Assembly (NCBI GenBank): GCA_032718475.1
Contig: JAUCBJ010001036.1
Span: forward strand, 1,952-65,951
Origin: Nemertoderma westbladi
Taxonomy: Eukaryota; Animalia; Xenacoelomorpha
Length of the DNA stretch: 64,000 bases
Direction of reading: 5' to 3'
In this document: piece by piece, positions 1-14,065 of the stretch
Position numbering within the stretch: the stretch's first letter is position 1
How the letters are laid out: every line of letters starts with the position of its first letter
Translations under genes and position numbers: made by a program
Notes under the pieces: generated by a model
Databases searched by the model: none
Told to the model about the DNA's origin: nothing
The model's input: only the letters and a program-made list of their open reading frames with translations

Positions 1-229
1 TTTCATTCAGAACATACGGGAAAATACCTTCCCCATCGTCTACAAAAGTTTTAAAAAATATGGCAGCAAACCTTTCAACTAAACCCACATGTTTGTGTAT
101 ACGGTCTACGACCAACACCGCCACCTCTTTGCCAGCAGGGCCCCAAAAAAAACCTATTCCTTTGATTAACTTATAAAAAGCATGGTTAAATGAAAAATAT
201 GTATGGGTAAGTACGAACTTAAGTAAGAT

Positions 230-3200
230 CATAATCTTGAGGGCTATAGCGCCTAGGGCACCATTGAAGGCAAAGGCTTGATACACATCTGCATTAAAGA
301 TGATACACGCCCCTCCCTGTCTATACTGGATGCTCCTCTACCAGTGTTAGGTAACCTAACCCAGGAGGCACACTTGGTTCAGGGTGTAACAAATACACAG
401 TCGGCAGTCGGCCCCTACAGTTGGCAGCAGGGCTGTACGCCATGGATAGGTGGAAGGTATTCAACCAACGGCTAGACATGCTGACAAGGTCGGCGGAAGG
501 TAATCAACCAATGGCGACCTACTGCGAAGACGCTTGTAGGAGTTGCGACCATAAGTGGTTTACTCCCGCAACTGAAAGATATGAGTATGAGAACCCTCCA
601 GGAGAAATACTGGCTCAGTCGTCGCCCGGGTCAACAAGGACCGCGTCCCTCAGTGGTACACCAGGCTGGGGTCGATAAATTGGCTACTGGAATAGAAGAC
701 AGAGAAGAAAGAAGAACCAACCTGTTGAAATTTAAAACGACACTAAAGATTATTGCTACAATGAATGCACGCACGCTGAAAACATATACCAAACAGGGTG
801 ACATGGTCGCTCTGGCAATGGAATATAACATCGACATCATCTGCATCCAAGAACATCGGATTTGTCATGAAGACACTGCCATGAAGTACAATGACATTGG
901 AAATGGATGGACGTTAGTAACAAGCTCAGCAGTAAAAAACTCAGCCAATGCATCAATTGGTGGAGTAGGAATTCTGCTAAGCCAATTTGCACATAAGACC
1001 CTAAACAACATCGAATCTATAAATTCCAGGGTTATGATCGCAACATTTGTTTCGAATCCCAAGGCAACAGTTATATGTTGCTACAGTCCAACCGAAGCCT
1101 CAGAGCCAGTACAAGCAGTCAAGTCTTAAGAAGAACTGACACCGAAACACAATGTTAAAGTCATTGCTGGTGACCTGAATGCGCAAATTGGCCCAGAAGG
1201 CATCAAGGGTTACACCTATAACACCAGTTCTAACAGAAATGGGTACTTACTTTTAGACCAAATGGAAGAATGTGAATTGATACCAACAAACAACACATTC
1301 GAAAAGAGTAAGGGGAAGCTATGGACCTTTCAATACCCTAATGGAACCAAAGCACAACTGGAATACATCCTTTAAACAAAAAGTGGAGAAACAGTATGAT
1401 CAACTGTGAGGCATACAGCTCGTTCAACCCAATTGGTTCGGACCACAGAATTGTGACTGCAGAGATCAGACTCAGTTTGAGAGCCAGCAAACCCAGGACA
1501 AGCAAGCAAATCAAATATGACTGGGAGAAACTCAGAACGGACAATGCTGTAAAGGATGCTTATACAGTAGAAATTCAAAACCTCTTTGAAGCACTTGAAT
1601 GGATGAAGACCAATCCACCAATTCAATATACCAGAATATATTAACAGCCCACAAGGAATCAGCTAAGAGGCATATCCCCCAGAAACCCAAACGAAAACAG
1701 TATGTGCCATGGCAAAACTCTGAGGTTACTTGTAAGAGAGAAGATCTTAAGATAGCCTACAAAGTTAAAACCGAACAACCAACAACCGAAAACATTAACA
1801 AGGTTGAGAAAGCTAAGGACGATCTTAAATTGGCCTACAACATCAGCCAGGAAAAGTAAATACAGGATAAAACTGAAGCAATTACAACTTCTCACATACA
1901 GCAACAATCAAACTTACCTGGCAAACTGTAAATGAGGTATCGGGTCGGAAAAGTTGTGCAAAGGGGCGCCTCAAAGCCGATAGTCCTGAAGAACGTGTTG
2001 GGAAATGGATAAATCACTTCAGCAACTTGCTTGAGCAGCTACCAAACATCGAGGTCAGCCCTACAAGGAACATATATGACAAGACACTACCTATAGAAAC
2101 AGGGGACTTTACACCTGCCGAACTCAAAAAGAAGTATTAAAAGCATGTCCAATAATAAAGCGAGTGGATTAGATGAAATCCCAGCGGAGGTATGGAAAAC
2201 CGGAGTGCTAAACAAACCATTATTGAATGTTTGCAACCGGATGTTAAAAGGGGAAAAGCCACCACCAATTTGGACTACAGGTCAACTAAAGCCTCTCCCC
2301 AAGAAAGGAGACCTCGGCATACAAACAAACTATCGTGGGATCTGCCTGCTTGTGGTAGCTGCCAAAATATACAATAAAATGATTCTATATAGGATTAGGC
2401 ATCACATAGAGAAACTACTGCGTAAGAGCCAAAATGGATTTCGACCAAGTAGATCAACAATAGCTCAGATACTTGCACTACGGAGACTGATTGAAGGAAT
2501 TAAGTCAAAGAATCTCCCTGCAGTCATGACTTTTGTGGACTTCAAGAAGGCATTCAACTCCATCCATAGAGGTAAAATGCTTGAAATCCTAATAGCTTAT
2601 GGAATACCAGAAGTAATTGTTGCAGGCATTGGATTGTTATATTGTGACACAGAAGCGCAGGTACTCTCACCAGATGGTGAAACTGAGTTTTTTTTAATCC
2701 TGGCTGGCGTACTGCAAGGTGACACATTAGCACCATTTCTATTTGTAATTGTGCCGGATTACGCAATGAGGACGGCCACAAAGGGTGAAGATCTGGGATT
2801 CACACTTCAAGAACGCAGAAGTAGTAGATATCCGGCAACTACAGTCACAGACACCGACTTTGCGGATGAAATCGCCCTGCTCTCTAATACGCTAGCAGAT
2901 GCACATCTTCTACTAAATAAAGTGGAGAGGGCTGCTAAGGAGGGGATTGCTTATGAATGCTACAAAGACCGAATTCATGACCTTTAACCCTATTAGTACC
3001 GGGCTATAAAATGTACAAATACCGGGGGGGGGGGGTCATATTGACCCCCCCCCCCCCCCCCTCTAAAATCTACAATTTTTTACGAAAACGTCAGATTTTT
3101 TGTTTGTACGTAGGTAACACTAGTCAGGATCCGACCGAAAAAAAAAATTTTCGAAAAAATGTACTGGGGTGGTTATATTGCAGCACCAAAACTACAAGTA

Positions 3201-5178
3201 GTGCACAATTTTCAGAAAATTTGAAAGTTACATTTTTCGTCTAATTGTTTTTCAATACAGGTTTTCTGGGCCGCAAAATACATTGGAAAATATTTAAAAA
3301 TGATATGATTACTATAAATGGCTGTTTAGTCCTCTCTGCGTAGAAAAAAAATGAAAAAAACAAGTAACCAGCACTTTTCAGTTAGAACACAAAATTTTTA
3401 ATTCAGTTATACGATGCTATAAATTCACATTTTCAGGTTTTCTATGGCGCTGATTCTAATGGAATACATTTCTAAAATGCCCCATCATTGCTACTTGTAT
3501 TTTTCGGCGTAATTTGGCAAATTTTGGTGCTAGGACCAAATTTCGTACCCATCACCAAAAAGTACAAGTTTGCAATGTCCAGTGCTGTTTTTATTGATTC
3601 CATCGGATTCAGGACCCTCATAAACCCGTATATAACGCAATAAACAAGATGATACTATCTACTGATCAATTTGCTTATTTTCCAAAATTTGGTGCTGGCA
3701 CAACAATTTTCACCCACCGGCGAAAAATACAAGTTTGAAAACTCGTATGAAATTTTTACTGATTCCATTGAATTCAGAACCCTCACAAACCCGTATAACG
3801 CAAGAAACAAGGTGACACAATCAATTTATATATTTGATGGTTTTCAAAATTTGGTGCTAGCACCACATTTTGCACCCACTTCCGAAAAATACAAGTTTGA
3901 GATGCTTAGTTCGAAAATTATATATTCCATTCAATTCAGAATAGCCATAAACCTCTAAAACACAAGAAATATATTGTCACAAACAATTTTATCAATTGAA
4001 TGAATTTTCAAAATTTCGTGCTAGCACCAAAATTTGCACCCACCACCGAAAAATACAAGTTTGATACGCTTGGTGCAACTCGTATATATTTCATCGAAAG
4101 CAGAACCCCAAAAAACCCCAATTGCGTAAAAAACAAGTTTCACACAATCAATTTACAAAATTGACATATTTCAAAATTTGGTGCTGGCACCAAAAATTGG
4201 CACCCGCAGAAAAAAAACAAGTTTGAAATTAATAAATCAATTTATATGTATTCCATCCAATTTCTAACACCAAAAAACCGGTGTAAATCAAAAATAGAGA
4301 TGTTACAATTCATATTTAGTAAAATGTAATTTTCAAAAAACGTCTCAAAAAAAGTGCCAAAAGTAGGGTTAAAAAATGGTGCTATAACTCGAAAACTACC
4401 CAATATTTTTGAAAACGGTTTCTCTACTAGGAAGACAATAGAATTTTAGGAAAAGTCCTAAAATGTCAGATTCCCAACTGCGTTTGTTTCAGAATTATAA
4501 TAAAAAAACCACGGGGGGGTCATATTGACCCCCCCCCCCCCGGGTTTAATAGGGTTAATGTTGATGGAAACTTGACAACCATTGATAATAATCAACTAAG
4601 GAAGGTCGATGACTTCCAGTACCTTGGATCATGGATAGAGAGTAGCAAAAAGGACATAGAAGTTGGGAAAGCAAAGGCTTGGATAGCTCTATCAAAAATG
4701 GATACCATCTGGAAATCAGATCTCTCCAGGCACCTGAAGACTAAGTTCTTTCGAGCCACAGTGGAAAGTGTATTTTTATACAGGGGTGAGACCTGGACAC
4801 TGACTAAATCAATTGAACAACGAATTGATGGTTGCTACACAAGACTACTAAGGGCAGCCCTAAACATCAGCTGGAGACAACACATGACAAACGCTGAGCT
4901 TTATGGTACAATACCACCTGTATCAACCACCCTCCGTGAACGCAGATTAAGATTCAGTGGGCACTGCTGGCGAAGTAAGACGAGGTCATACCAGATCTAC
5001 TTCTCTGGCAACCAACTCATGGAAAGCGTAGTCGTGGGCGACCGGCCATAACATATATAGATCAACTTGAAAGGGATACTGAACTTGGGAGAAACGAAAT
5101 TGCGAGAACTATGGAGAATCGGGAAGCCTGGAAGGATCTCATTTCCACTGTCCTAGTTCGCTCGACCTAGTAGTAGTA
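230..5178 (+). mobile_element. RTE-clade non-LTR retrotransposon (AP endonuclease + RT), degenerate, split by a piggyBac-like insert
   Basis: Endonuclease motifs (ATMNARTL, CIQEHR, SDHRIV) and RT motifs (NYRGICL, QNGFR, FVDFKKAF, GVLQGDTLAPFLF, FADE, FQYLGS) across frameshifted ORFs 581-5051. A (TAG)n tail lies at about 5168-5178. The 5' boundary is approximate. Confidence 0.92.
2988..4554. mobile_element. Non-autonomous piggyBac-like DNA element
   Basis: TTAA on both sides (2984-2987, 4555-4558) and termini CCCTATTA...TAATAGGG. Both ends carry a subterminal GGGGGGTCATATTGACCCCCC near-palindrome, and the interior has degenerate repeats. Removing it restores the RTE frame (TEFMTF-N-VDGNLTTID). 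Confidence 0.9.
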
Positions 5179-6158
5179 TCTAATTAGTATGTTAAAATTA
5201 ATTTCAATTAGCTTAAAATTAAAATTAGCTAATTAGAAATTTTTTTGTTTTATCATCAATTTACAAAAAATAGTACTCTCCAGCTTTCCAATAACACCAT
5301 AATTACTGAATATCATTAATATGAAGCTTGTTAGCATATCCATCCGCTGCACGCCACCTGCCGGTAGAATGGGGAACAGGGTGATCTTAGAATCACCCAC
5401 AGTTATCCAACCACCCAATATAATGTTGCATACCGAGAGATGTGCTCAGTATTGCATTGATAGGTAGGAGATGGTTAACAACACATCTCAGTGGAGAAGC
5501 TAGCATAGGGTCAAGGGAACATGGAATGACAGTGGGAAAACCAACCAATAGCGGGGCAGCACATGTCCAGTAAACGTGTATGTATTGGTAGGTCAACACG
5601 TAGGTAGGACCGTGATAAGTTTCCATGTTGTTTCTGTGCAGTTTCCATACATATATGTTACCCAATATCAATTATGTTCAGTTGGCAAATTATCTACTGT
5701 GGATGTTGAACGGTTTTTGACCGTCGTTGTCGCCTAGCACTTACTGATTATGCTGTGATCCGTTTACCGGTACTTATATATATCAGCTTTTATTAACAAC
5801 GATAAACCAATAACTCTTGTTATATAACGGCCACGGCCTTTCAGCCTTTGCAGTTACTAGGACGCGTTGATGCGTACTAAACAGGACTCAAACTCACCAG
5901 TCGGGATCCCGCGCCAACTCGGATGCCGTCACAAAGCTGCACAAATAAAAATACAAAAAGTATCAAATTTTGTAGGACACCTTGTTTTATAAGATTCTTC
6001 TATATGTCTTGCTTGAAGGTAGCACTATATATTTCATGCCTTTTATGCCTTTGGCATCCTCATCAGGTAATCAGTTAAATTTAGATAGCAAATTATCTAG
6101 TTAGTTATGTAATACATAATACAAAAAAAACTACATGTACTTACAGTTGCATAAGGCG

Positions 6159-6321
6159 CAGTACAAAAATTTTATCCAAAAACGTATAACTACAAAATAT
6201 TACTTGTAGTTTAATAACATTTATAACTACAAAACAGTACAAAAATTTTATCCAAAAACGTATAACTACAAAATATTACTTGTAGTTTAATAACATTTAT
6301 AACTACAAAACAGTACAAAAA
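6159..6321. repeat. Tandem duplication of an AT-rich unit of about 77 bp
   Basis: The unit gtacaaaaattttatccaaaaacg...actacaaaaca occurs twice in a row. Confidence 0.75.
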
Positions 6322-7294
6322 TATTGTACAACATACAACACTATAAACCCTAGCAATATGTTACTACAAAAATGTTATATAAAGTACAAAAATATACAGT
6401 ACATAATACTTACATACTACCTATATAGCACACTCAACGAAAAACTAAATTAAATAATCGACACACTTTCCTTCATACATATCTTTCCTCCGACATAGAC
6501 ATATGATTCAATGTTAACCCCTTTGATTAACATTCTAATTCCTACATTCATAATCCATTCATTCATCTTTTATAATCTTTCACCTTTTTCAGTTAGCCCC
6601 GCTAATTATGGAAGAGGTTCAATTTGTTCAATATCTGTATCCCTATTCTGCACCAATTGATTATTAAGTTTAGCTTTTACTGATGATTTTCTGATAATAC
6701 TAGCTGGGGGTACCCGTTCCTTTCTAGAATATGATTAGATTTATTCCCTTACTTTTTCTCGGCACCACATCTTTTCGCAATGACTACCGCAATACACCAT
6801 GTTCTGGGGAACCTGGTATATAGTGTCGTTATTCAGATACCTGCCCCCCCCCCCCCCTCCCAAACTTTTCATTCTTTAGCTACAAGCGTTTGAAATAGGT
6901 TTCTCCGGCGTTATTTCACCGGGTACACTGCAGTTATTCTTCAAAATTACATTGATTTGTTGGTACTGATGGAAATCTGTAATGATCTAAATTTCGTTAA
7001 AAAATAGCTGAGATATGAGCGATCGAAAGTTACATGGTTTTGAGTTTGCGCATGACTATTGTATTATATTAATTAAAAAACATTTTGTTTATGTGTGAAT
7101 AGCTATGTAACAGTTTTTACAATTAATTATTATTATGTGCTATGTAATAATAATAATTATTATTATTATGTAGTGGGCCCGCGTTTTATACTTTCTCGCA
7201 TTTTTGTTTTCCCTTATATTTTAGTGTGTTGCTTAACCTTAACACCGTGAAACTACCATGGCTTCATCCTAATCATCATCTTATTTCTTGCGTT

Positions 7295-8070
7295 ATTCGG
7301 GTTTATGAAGGTCCTGAATCCGATGGAATTAATAAAAACCGCACTGGACATCTCAATCTTGTATTTTTTGGTGATGGATTCGAAATATTACGCCGAAAAA
7401 TACGAGTAGCTATGATTTGGCAAATTAGAAATGTATTCCATTAGAATCAGCACCCCAGAAAACCTATAAATGTGAATTTTTTGCATTGTATAAGTGAATA
7501 AAAAATTTTGTGTACAAACTGAAAAGTGCTGGTTAATTGTTTTCTTAATTTTTTGCCTACGTAGAGGACTAAAACAGCCATTTATACTAATCAGATTATT
7601 TTTAAATATTTTCCAATGAATTTTACGCACCAGAAAACTGGTATAAAATGAGTTTAATAATGTGGTATTATATAATAATAATATAATGTATAAAATATAA
7701 ACGCAATGTCAATGAATCTAAGGTACACATTGCATAATATACATGGATGTAATAGCCCTCCACCATCTGCTTAATCCCACTATGCAAACAATGAATACAT
7801 ACATTGTGATGAGGTGCTTTACACTAATATTGATGCGGCATTATTGCATACTACACCAAAAACCTGTATTGAAAAACTATTAGCCGAAAATTATGACTTT
7901 CAAATTTTATAAAAATTGTTCACTACTTGTAACTTTGGTGCTGCAAAATAACCACCAAAGTACTTCTTCAAAATTTATTTTTTCTTTCGGATTCAGACTA
8001 ATGAAATCTACGTACAAACAAAAAATCAGACGTTTTCGTTAAAATTTATAGATTTTTCAGGGGGGGAGGC
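7295..8070 (-). mobile_element. Partial diverged copy of the piggyBac-like element (left part)
   Basis: Reverse-complement similarity to about 3055-3630, interrupted at about 7645-7855. Confidence 0.75.
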
Positions 8071-8480
8071 CGCCACAACTCCCTATCACTATTTGCTAGA
8101 TGATCTGCATCTTCAAGGCCAGTGTCCTTTAGATGCGTCTCAAGAAAGTCATTGGCTGTCCACCATGATACTCCATGAGGCCACCAAAGCACAAGATTAT
8201 GCACTGGCTGGTCCTCGTGTCGAAAGCTATGTCCTGTAAAGCAGAGGCGTTTCCGTTCAAGTGTCAAGCTAGAGCGGACTAATGGAACACCTCCAATGAT
8301 GTATAGAGTCTGATTGGAGATTATTTGTTCATTGTACTTGACACAATGAACCCGGAGCAGCATTCTTGTGAATGTGCCATCCAGAGATTTGGTATAATCT
8401 GCAATTAGAGCCCAGCATGACACACATATAAGAGTACTGACTGGTACTACTACTGCCATAAATAATCGAACCTTAAGGAT
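8070..8480 (-). mobile_element. RTE-clade LINE fragment, second family (3' part)
   Basis: The peptide DGTFTRML...RVHCVKYN...LKDTGLED is shared with the copies at 26088-26669 and 44387-44749. Confidence 0.8.
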
Positions 8481-8668
8481 TATTTTGATGTATAAGGGTG
8501 TTTAATGCTAAGTTGAACAACTGGCAGATATTGTAAAAAAGGGATGCCTTGTTCTAACTTAAGTTTTCCGGTGAATAATCGCCTCATCAATAATTTGGCT
8601 TCCCAACGCACATGAATATTTTATGTGTTTGTTTACTTTATATTTTTACATTATTTTTTATTTTCTAG

Positions 8669-8826
8669 TTGGATTTTGTACGACGGCGATTTTGATGGCC
8701 CAACGGATATCATTACGTTCGGTAATTATACAAGGTCCCAACTTCCTGCCACTGCTGACAAGCTCAGTTCCTTGAGAGTCGTGCCAAAACAAGGATTGAT
8801 GTTATTCGAAAACATTGACTTTAAAG
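8669..8826 (+). CDS. Host gene exon A: beta-gamma-crystallin Greek-key motifs
   Basis: Pyrimidine-rich acceptor ttttctag and donor AAG|gtatac, phases 2 to 1. Encodes WILYDGDFDG...DKLSSLRVV...GLMLFENIDFKG, matching crystallin F/Y-xxxx-F/Y-xG and SS-L-R motifs. Confidence 0.85.
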
Positions 8827-10854
8827 GTATACATTTTATGTCCCAATAAAATTGCGCTTATGTGAATAATTGTTTATTTTATCCTTAATAAGGGTTTTAT
8901 AGCTCTTATTTATATAACCTATAACCAAATAATAGTGTTGGTTGTCAGAAATATTTATATTAACTTAAAGGTAAACGCAAGAGGCTTCTATTCTATTCTA
9001 TTACTTTTAAAAGAAATCAATAATTAATTTATTATAGACTTCTAGAAAATATTATCTTAATATATTAACACTTTACAATATATCCAAAATTAAATATAAT
9101 TTGAAGTAGTCTAATCTCTCCAAGGTAAGTTTAATTCTAATCACGCCTAGAACAAGTTTAGGGTAGGCTGGGATGGAGGGCTTTCAATAATATCGAAAAG
9201 ACCTTCAGAACATGGGGAGTCAGTACTGGCGAGGATTGATGTTGTTTAGCCGATGAGTATGGCGATTATGATGTGCTGCAGGAGAAAGCGATGAGATCAT
9301 TGTTCGAGTGTGGTGGCATGTAGTCTTCTGCTGATTTCTTTTAGAAACACGGCAGTGGATGGTCCTTGGCGCACAAAGGTCTCAAAGGACAATGGGTGAA
9401 CTAGATTTCCCTGATCAACAAAACTCAGTGTAGTTATTCCTGATTGGCAGCAACACGGCCTCCTGACAAAGTTTTAGACAGGTGGCTTTGAGACGAATGT
9501 CTCAGTCAGCACCCAAACTCAGTCTAGCCAGTTTTTTATAATTTGATTTTATATCTGCATATTCTATTAAGAAATAAGGAGTGAGATCGTTGAATGTGGA
9601 ATTGACAAATTCGTACAATTGAAATGGTACTGTATGAACATAAGTAATTGTTCTCCACCAGAAGCAATGGTGTGACGGGATCCAATGGAGTTGGCAGTTT
9701 GGACCCCGACTGGTGTGTGTGTTTGGTACTATACGCGTCGCCGCGTCTGTAGGCTGCTGAAAGGCTGTGGTCTGGATATAAGATATGAAAGGCCGTTAGA
9801 ATAACTGAGTTTTTAGTGTCAGTTGTTATAATCACAGAACATATTAATAGCACAGTCATAATATAATAGCACGGTAATGACGACAGTTAAAAACTGTTCC
9901 GTCTCACAACTCTATAGATACCACCTGAATCATAATCCACAAGTACAACGGTTATATATTATTAACACATATTAATCACAGTTACTGTATTGAGTGGCCT
10001 GGCCAGTAGATGCCTTCCAATCACCTGTTTTCCTCTCCCATCATTGGCTAACCCGATTAATGTCTATCTCGCCACTCCCTGCTGCCACTATCCCCATGTG
10101 CTAGCCCTGCTAGCCCCTTTGTCCCTCTGAGATGGTTTATGACCTCTCAACTTTCCTTGTGGCTGGCGATGTGTATCGCCTAAATTGGTTGTTAGGTGAC
10201 ATTATTATTGGTAATGTCACCTTCCCAATTATAATTGGTAAAATGCCACTTCGCCCATTTTCCGCTGGGTAGTGCAGGGAATTAAATCCGCTTACAAATG
10301 GGCCAGATTTATTTTATACAATAGCTGTATTTTTTCTGAACTTCCTTTTCATTTTTGAATCAGAAACCGACGATTCATTCCACACATCACCTCTGCAAAC
10401 TCCAAGTGATGCTGAGAATGAAACTTTTCAATTTTGTAATATCGCCCGATCTCTGCAGCGAAAACTTTCCGAAATTAGAATATTAATCGCTAAAACCAAT
10501 AACAATCTCAGAAACTTGATGTGATGATAGCGTTTCTGATGCATAAATTTATATTGATAATTACTTAGTTTTACGTTAGACGTGGAGGTCTGGACTTACA
10601 TTCGATATGATTTAAATTTTCATCGTAGACAAAGTTTTTCTGTGACAAATTGAACCTAATTTAAAAATGATGAATTGATTGAATTGATAATGATGAATAA
10701 TTGAAAAATTATAAAAGTTAATAAAATTGAAAAACCTAATATAATTCCTACCTAATCTTACCTTGGCCCCCTAAACAAGCAGATTTTTTGCAAAATTTTG
10801 AAAATACAATATGTAATCCTAGGTCAGACTGTGAAATATATTCCTGCCTTATTA

Positions 10855-11582
10855 GTAACTCCACCTACTGGCTCCAGATCCAGAAGTCGAAGAAATCCTG
10901 CCAAATACCTAACTGATCTAGACTTTGCTGATGACTTAGGAGTACTCTCAGAATCACTAGAGGGAGCCCAACGGCTCCTCAGCTCAATAGAACTGGCTGC
11001 TTCTAGTGTTTTTCTTTTTATTAACTCTAAGAAGACCAACATTTTGGCAGTTAAATTTGACAGTCCTGAGCAAATCTCTGATCAGATGAGCATAAACTCA
11101 AAGGATGGTATGATTGAGCATGTGGACGACTTCTGATACCTGGGATCATGGATGATGATGACCTTCGAAAGGGAAAGGCATGGGCAGCATTGAATGGGCT
11201 TTCTAGGATTTGGAAGTCACACAGAATTCATTGGTTCCCCCAAGCTTGACACTAGAACAAAGCCACCTCCGCTTTGTAGGACATTGTTTTCGCCCTAAGA
11301 ACCAGCCTGTGCACAATCTTGTGCTTTGGCAGCCCCATTGAGAAAATAAGCATGGTGGACTGGACAGTCCATAACTTTCGTGAGACGCCTCCTAAAGAAC
11401 ACTGGCCTTGGAGGTGTGGATAAACTCTCAAAAGTCATGTTGAGTTGTGGTGGTGCCACTTTGTTGATAACCCGGCATAACGCTGCATTGGACTTGCAAA
11501 TTGTGGATTGCATGGTGGTGACAAAATGTTTTTGTGTGCAGTATCAATGCAGCAGGCCGATTATAGTAGTAGTAGTAGTAGT
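10855..11582 (+). mobile_element. RTE-clade LINE fragment, second family, with (TAG)n tail
   Basis: YLTDLDFADDL and VDDF*YLGSW motifs, internal deletions, and a (TAG)n run at about 11565-11582. Confidence 0.8.
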
Positions 11583-12059
11583 GTGGAATTATATGGAAGG
11601 GTTTACTGTGGAAGCTTTCCCATGGTGGTGAATAGGCATTCCTTGGCTTAACGAGCCTAAACTATTCTCCTATTCATTATAGTAATAATTTCATACCACA
11701 CTTAAATAGTTCTCATAAGGAAATATTTTGTGAGTCAAAAGTGCAAGTAAGTGAAAACGTACAAAATTATATTATGGTCGCTTTCATTGAGATGGCTTAC
11801 AGTTTTGCTGCATGAAGACCCAACTAGTGTTTCTTATATTATAAAGTTGTAATAGAAAATAAAGATGATTCATAGAGCCAACGATGCACGAGATGATTCT
11901 GCTAATTTTTCAAGTTTCCCAAATTTTAAAGAAAACTACGAAATTTCGTTCATTCCTTTACGATTAGTTTTGACTGCTTAAAAGTTTAAACTCATTTGTA
12001 ACCAACAATATCTATTAATTTCGGATGCGGATTTGTGGAATATAGTTATTAGTTAATTA

Positions 12060-12243
12060 GACTACTACTAATACTACTATATTAACTACTAATACTACTA
12101 TATTAACTACTAATACTACTATATCAACTACTAATACTACTATATTAACTACTAATACTACTATATTAACTAATATTACTACTATATTAACTACTAATAC
12201 TACTATATTAACTACTAATACTACTATGTTAACTACTAATTAA
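12060..12243. repeat. 21-bp minisatellite, block 1 (ATTAACTACTAATACTACTAT)
   Basis: Direct tandem repeats visible in the sequence. Confidence 0.95.
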
Positions 12244-13308
12244 CTCTTTTACAGGCACTTTATTAATAGAACAAAATGAATAATTCCTACTCCGATACCG
12301 ATAATAAAAAAAATAATAAATAAAGAAAGAAGGGCCTGTTTAGAGGCCTATGTCTACCACTGACAGTCAGTCTAGCCGGTGTTGGTATCAGCGTTAGTCA
12401 GGCGAATCGAGTCTGCGGACACCTGATGATAAACAGGGCGTTTGGTGGCGGATCTCGCTCCACGGAGACACATCAAACTGGAGCGGAGAAGCGCGAAGCT
12501 TATCTTCCTCCGCGTCCAGCAGATACACTCAGAGTAGCTGAGGTCGCGACGATCCGAGAGTTTAAGCGATAAACGCTTAACGAACTGTTGCATCGCTGGC
12601 GCGGTACCACCAAAGGCTGAAAGTATCAGAGGCACAAACGACGACAGTTCGACCTCTCGGATGCGCTCCTCGTACTTCAGGCGTTTCCGCGCCTCGTGGT
12701 GGGAATAAGCGCCCTCGGTGGTCATGGCTGCGTTGGTGGCCGCTAGAGGGTTGTAGACCGAGACGTCGAAGTAAGTCTTCTCGAACCGGCCACCCCAGAA
12801 CCCGCTGACAGAGACGTCCAACCTCGCCTGATCTTCTGTGGAGGTGGATCTGTGGGTGAACTCCTCACCTGTTAGAGGCTGGAGTGTTGGCTCTACTGCG
12901 ACGTTGTGGGCTACTTCAGTTAGCGCGTCGGCAACGAAATCGCGTATCTCGTTGTGCCTTATCGAGGGATAACCCCCGGTGGGGCACGACAGGACGTGTG
13001 AAGGGGAAAATCGTTCCCCACAGACACAACGAGAAGGGAGCGACTTCGGTTGCCAGCCGTAGCGCAGACACAGAGCGTCGCGGAACTCTTCCTTAGACAG
13101 GTGAGTTTTGTGAAGGGTGACCGGTTTTGAGTTCAACCAAGCTGAAGCCCCCTTCTCCGACACCAGCTCCCTCAGATTCTGTTGGGACTCCGATAGCCGA
13201 CCATGACATTCTGTTGTTTTGGTCTTAGACGCCACGAAGGATTCAGCCTTTATTAGATTAGTGATATGGTTCTGATCCTCCCTGACGTCTGACATGGTCT
13301 GACATGGT
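12244..13308 (-). mobile_element. 5'-truncated CRE/SLACS-like non-LTR retrotransposon (zinc finger + restriction-like endonuclease)
   Basis: Uninterrupted 307-aa ORF with CxC...H...C (RCVCGERFSPSHVLSC), RHNEIRD, EP...ARLD...FDVSVYNP, HEARKRLKY and FVPLILSAFGG. AATAAA on the minus strand near 12259-12264. Confidence 0.85.
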
Positions 13309-14043
13309 GTTAACTACTAATACTACTATATTAACTACTAATACTACTACATTAACTACTAATACTACTATATTAACTACTAATACTACTACATTAACTA
13401 CTAATACTACTATATTAACTACTAATACTACTACATTAACTACTAATACTACTATATTAACTACTAATACTACCATATTAACTACTAATACTACTATGTT
13501 AACTACTAATACTACTATATTAACTACTAATACTACTACATTAACTACTAATACTACTATATTAACTACTAATACTACTACATTAACTACTAATACTACT
13601 ATATTAACTACTAATACTACTATATTAACTACTAATACTACTATATTAACTACTAATACTACTATATTAACTACTAATATATTAACTACTAATACTACTA
13701 TATTAACTACTAATACTACTATATTAACTACTAATACTACTATATTAACTACTAATACTATTATATTAACTACTAATACTACTATATTAACTACTAATAT
13801 TTTAACTACTAATACTACTATATTAACTACTAATACTACTATATTAACTACTAATACTACTATATTAACTACTAATACTACTATATTAACTACTAATACT
13901 ACTATATTAACTACTAATACTACTATATTAACTACTAATACAACTATATTAACTACTAATACTACCATATTAACTACTAATACTACTATATCAACTACTA
14001 ATACTACTATGTTAACTACTAATACTACTATATTAACTAATAA
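13309..14043. repeat. 21-bp minisatellite, block 2
   Basis: Same unit as block 1. It produces spurious LTTNTTI/VVLVVNI ORFs. Confidence 0.95.
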
Positions 14044-14065
14044 TTAAATGCTTGAGTTAATACAA

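Noticed and set aside
6004-6066. Possible signal-peptide exon MSCLKVALYISCLLCLWHPHQ followed by gtaatc
   Set aside because: It ends in phase 0 while exon A needs phase 2, and I found no intervening exon for the missing first Greek-key motif. It cannot be supported without transcripts.
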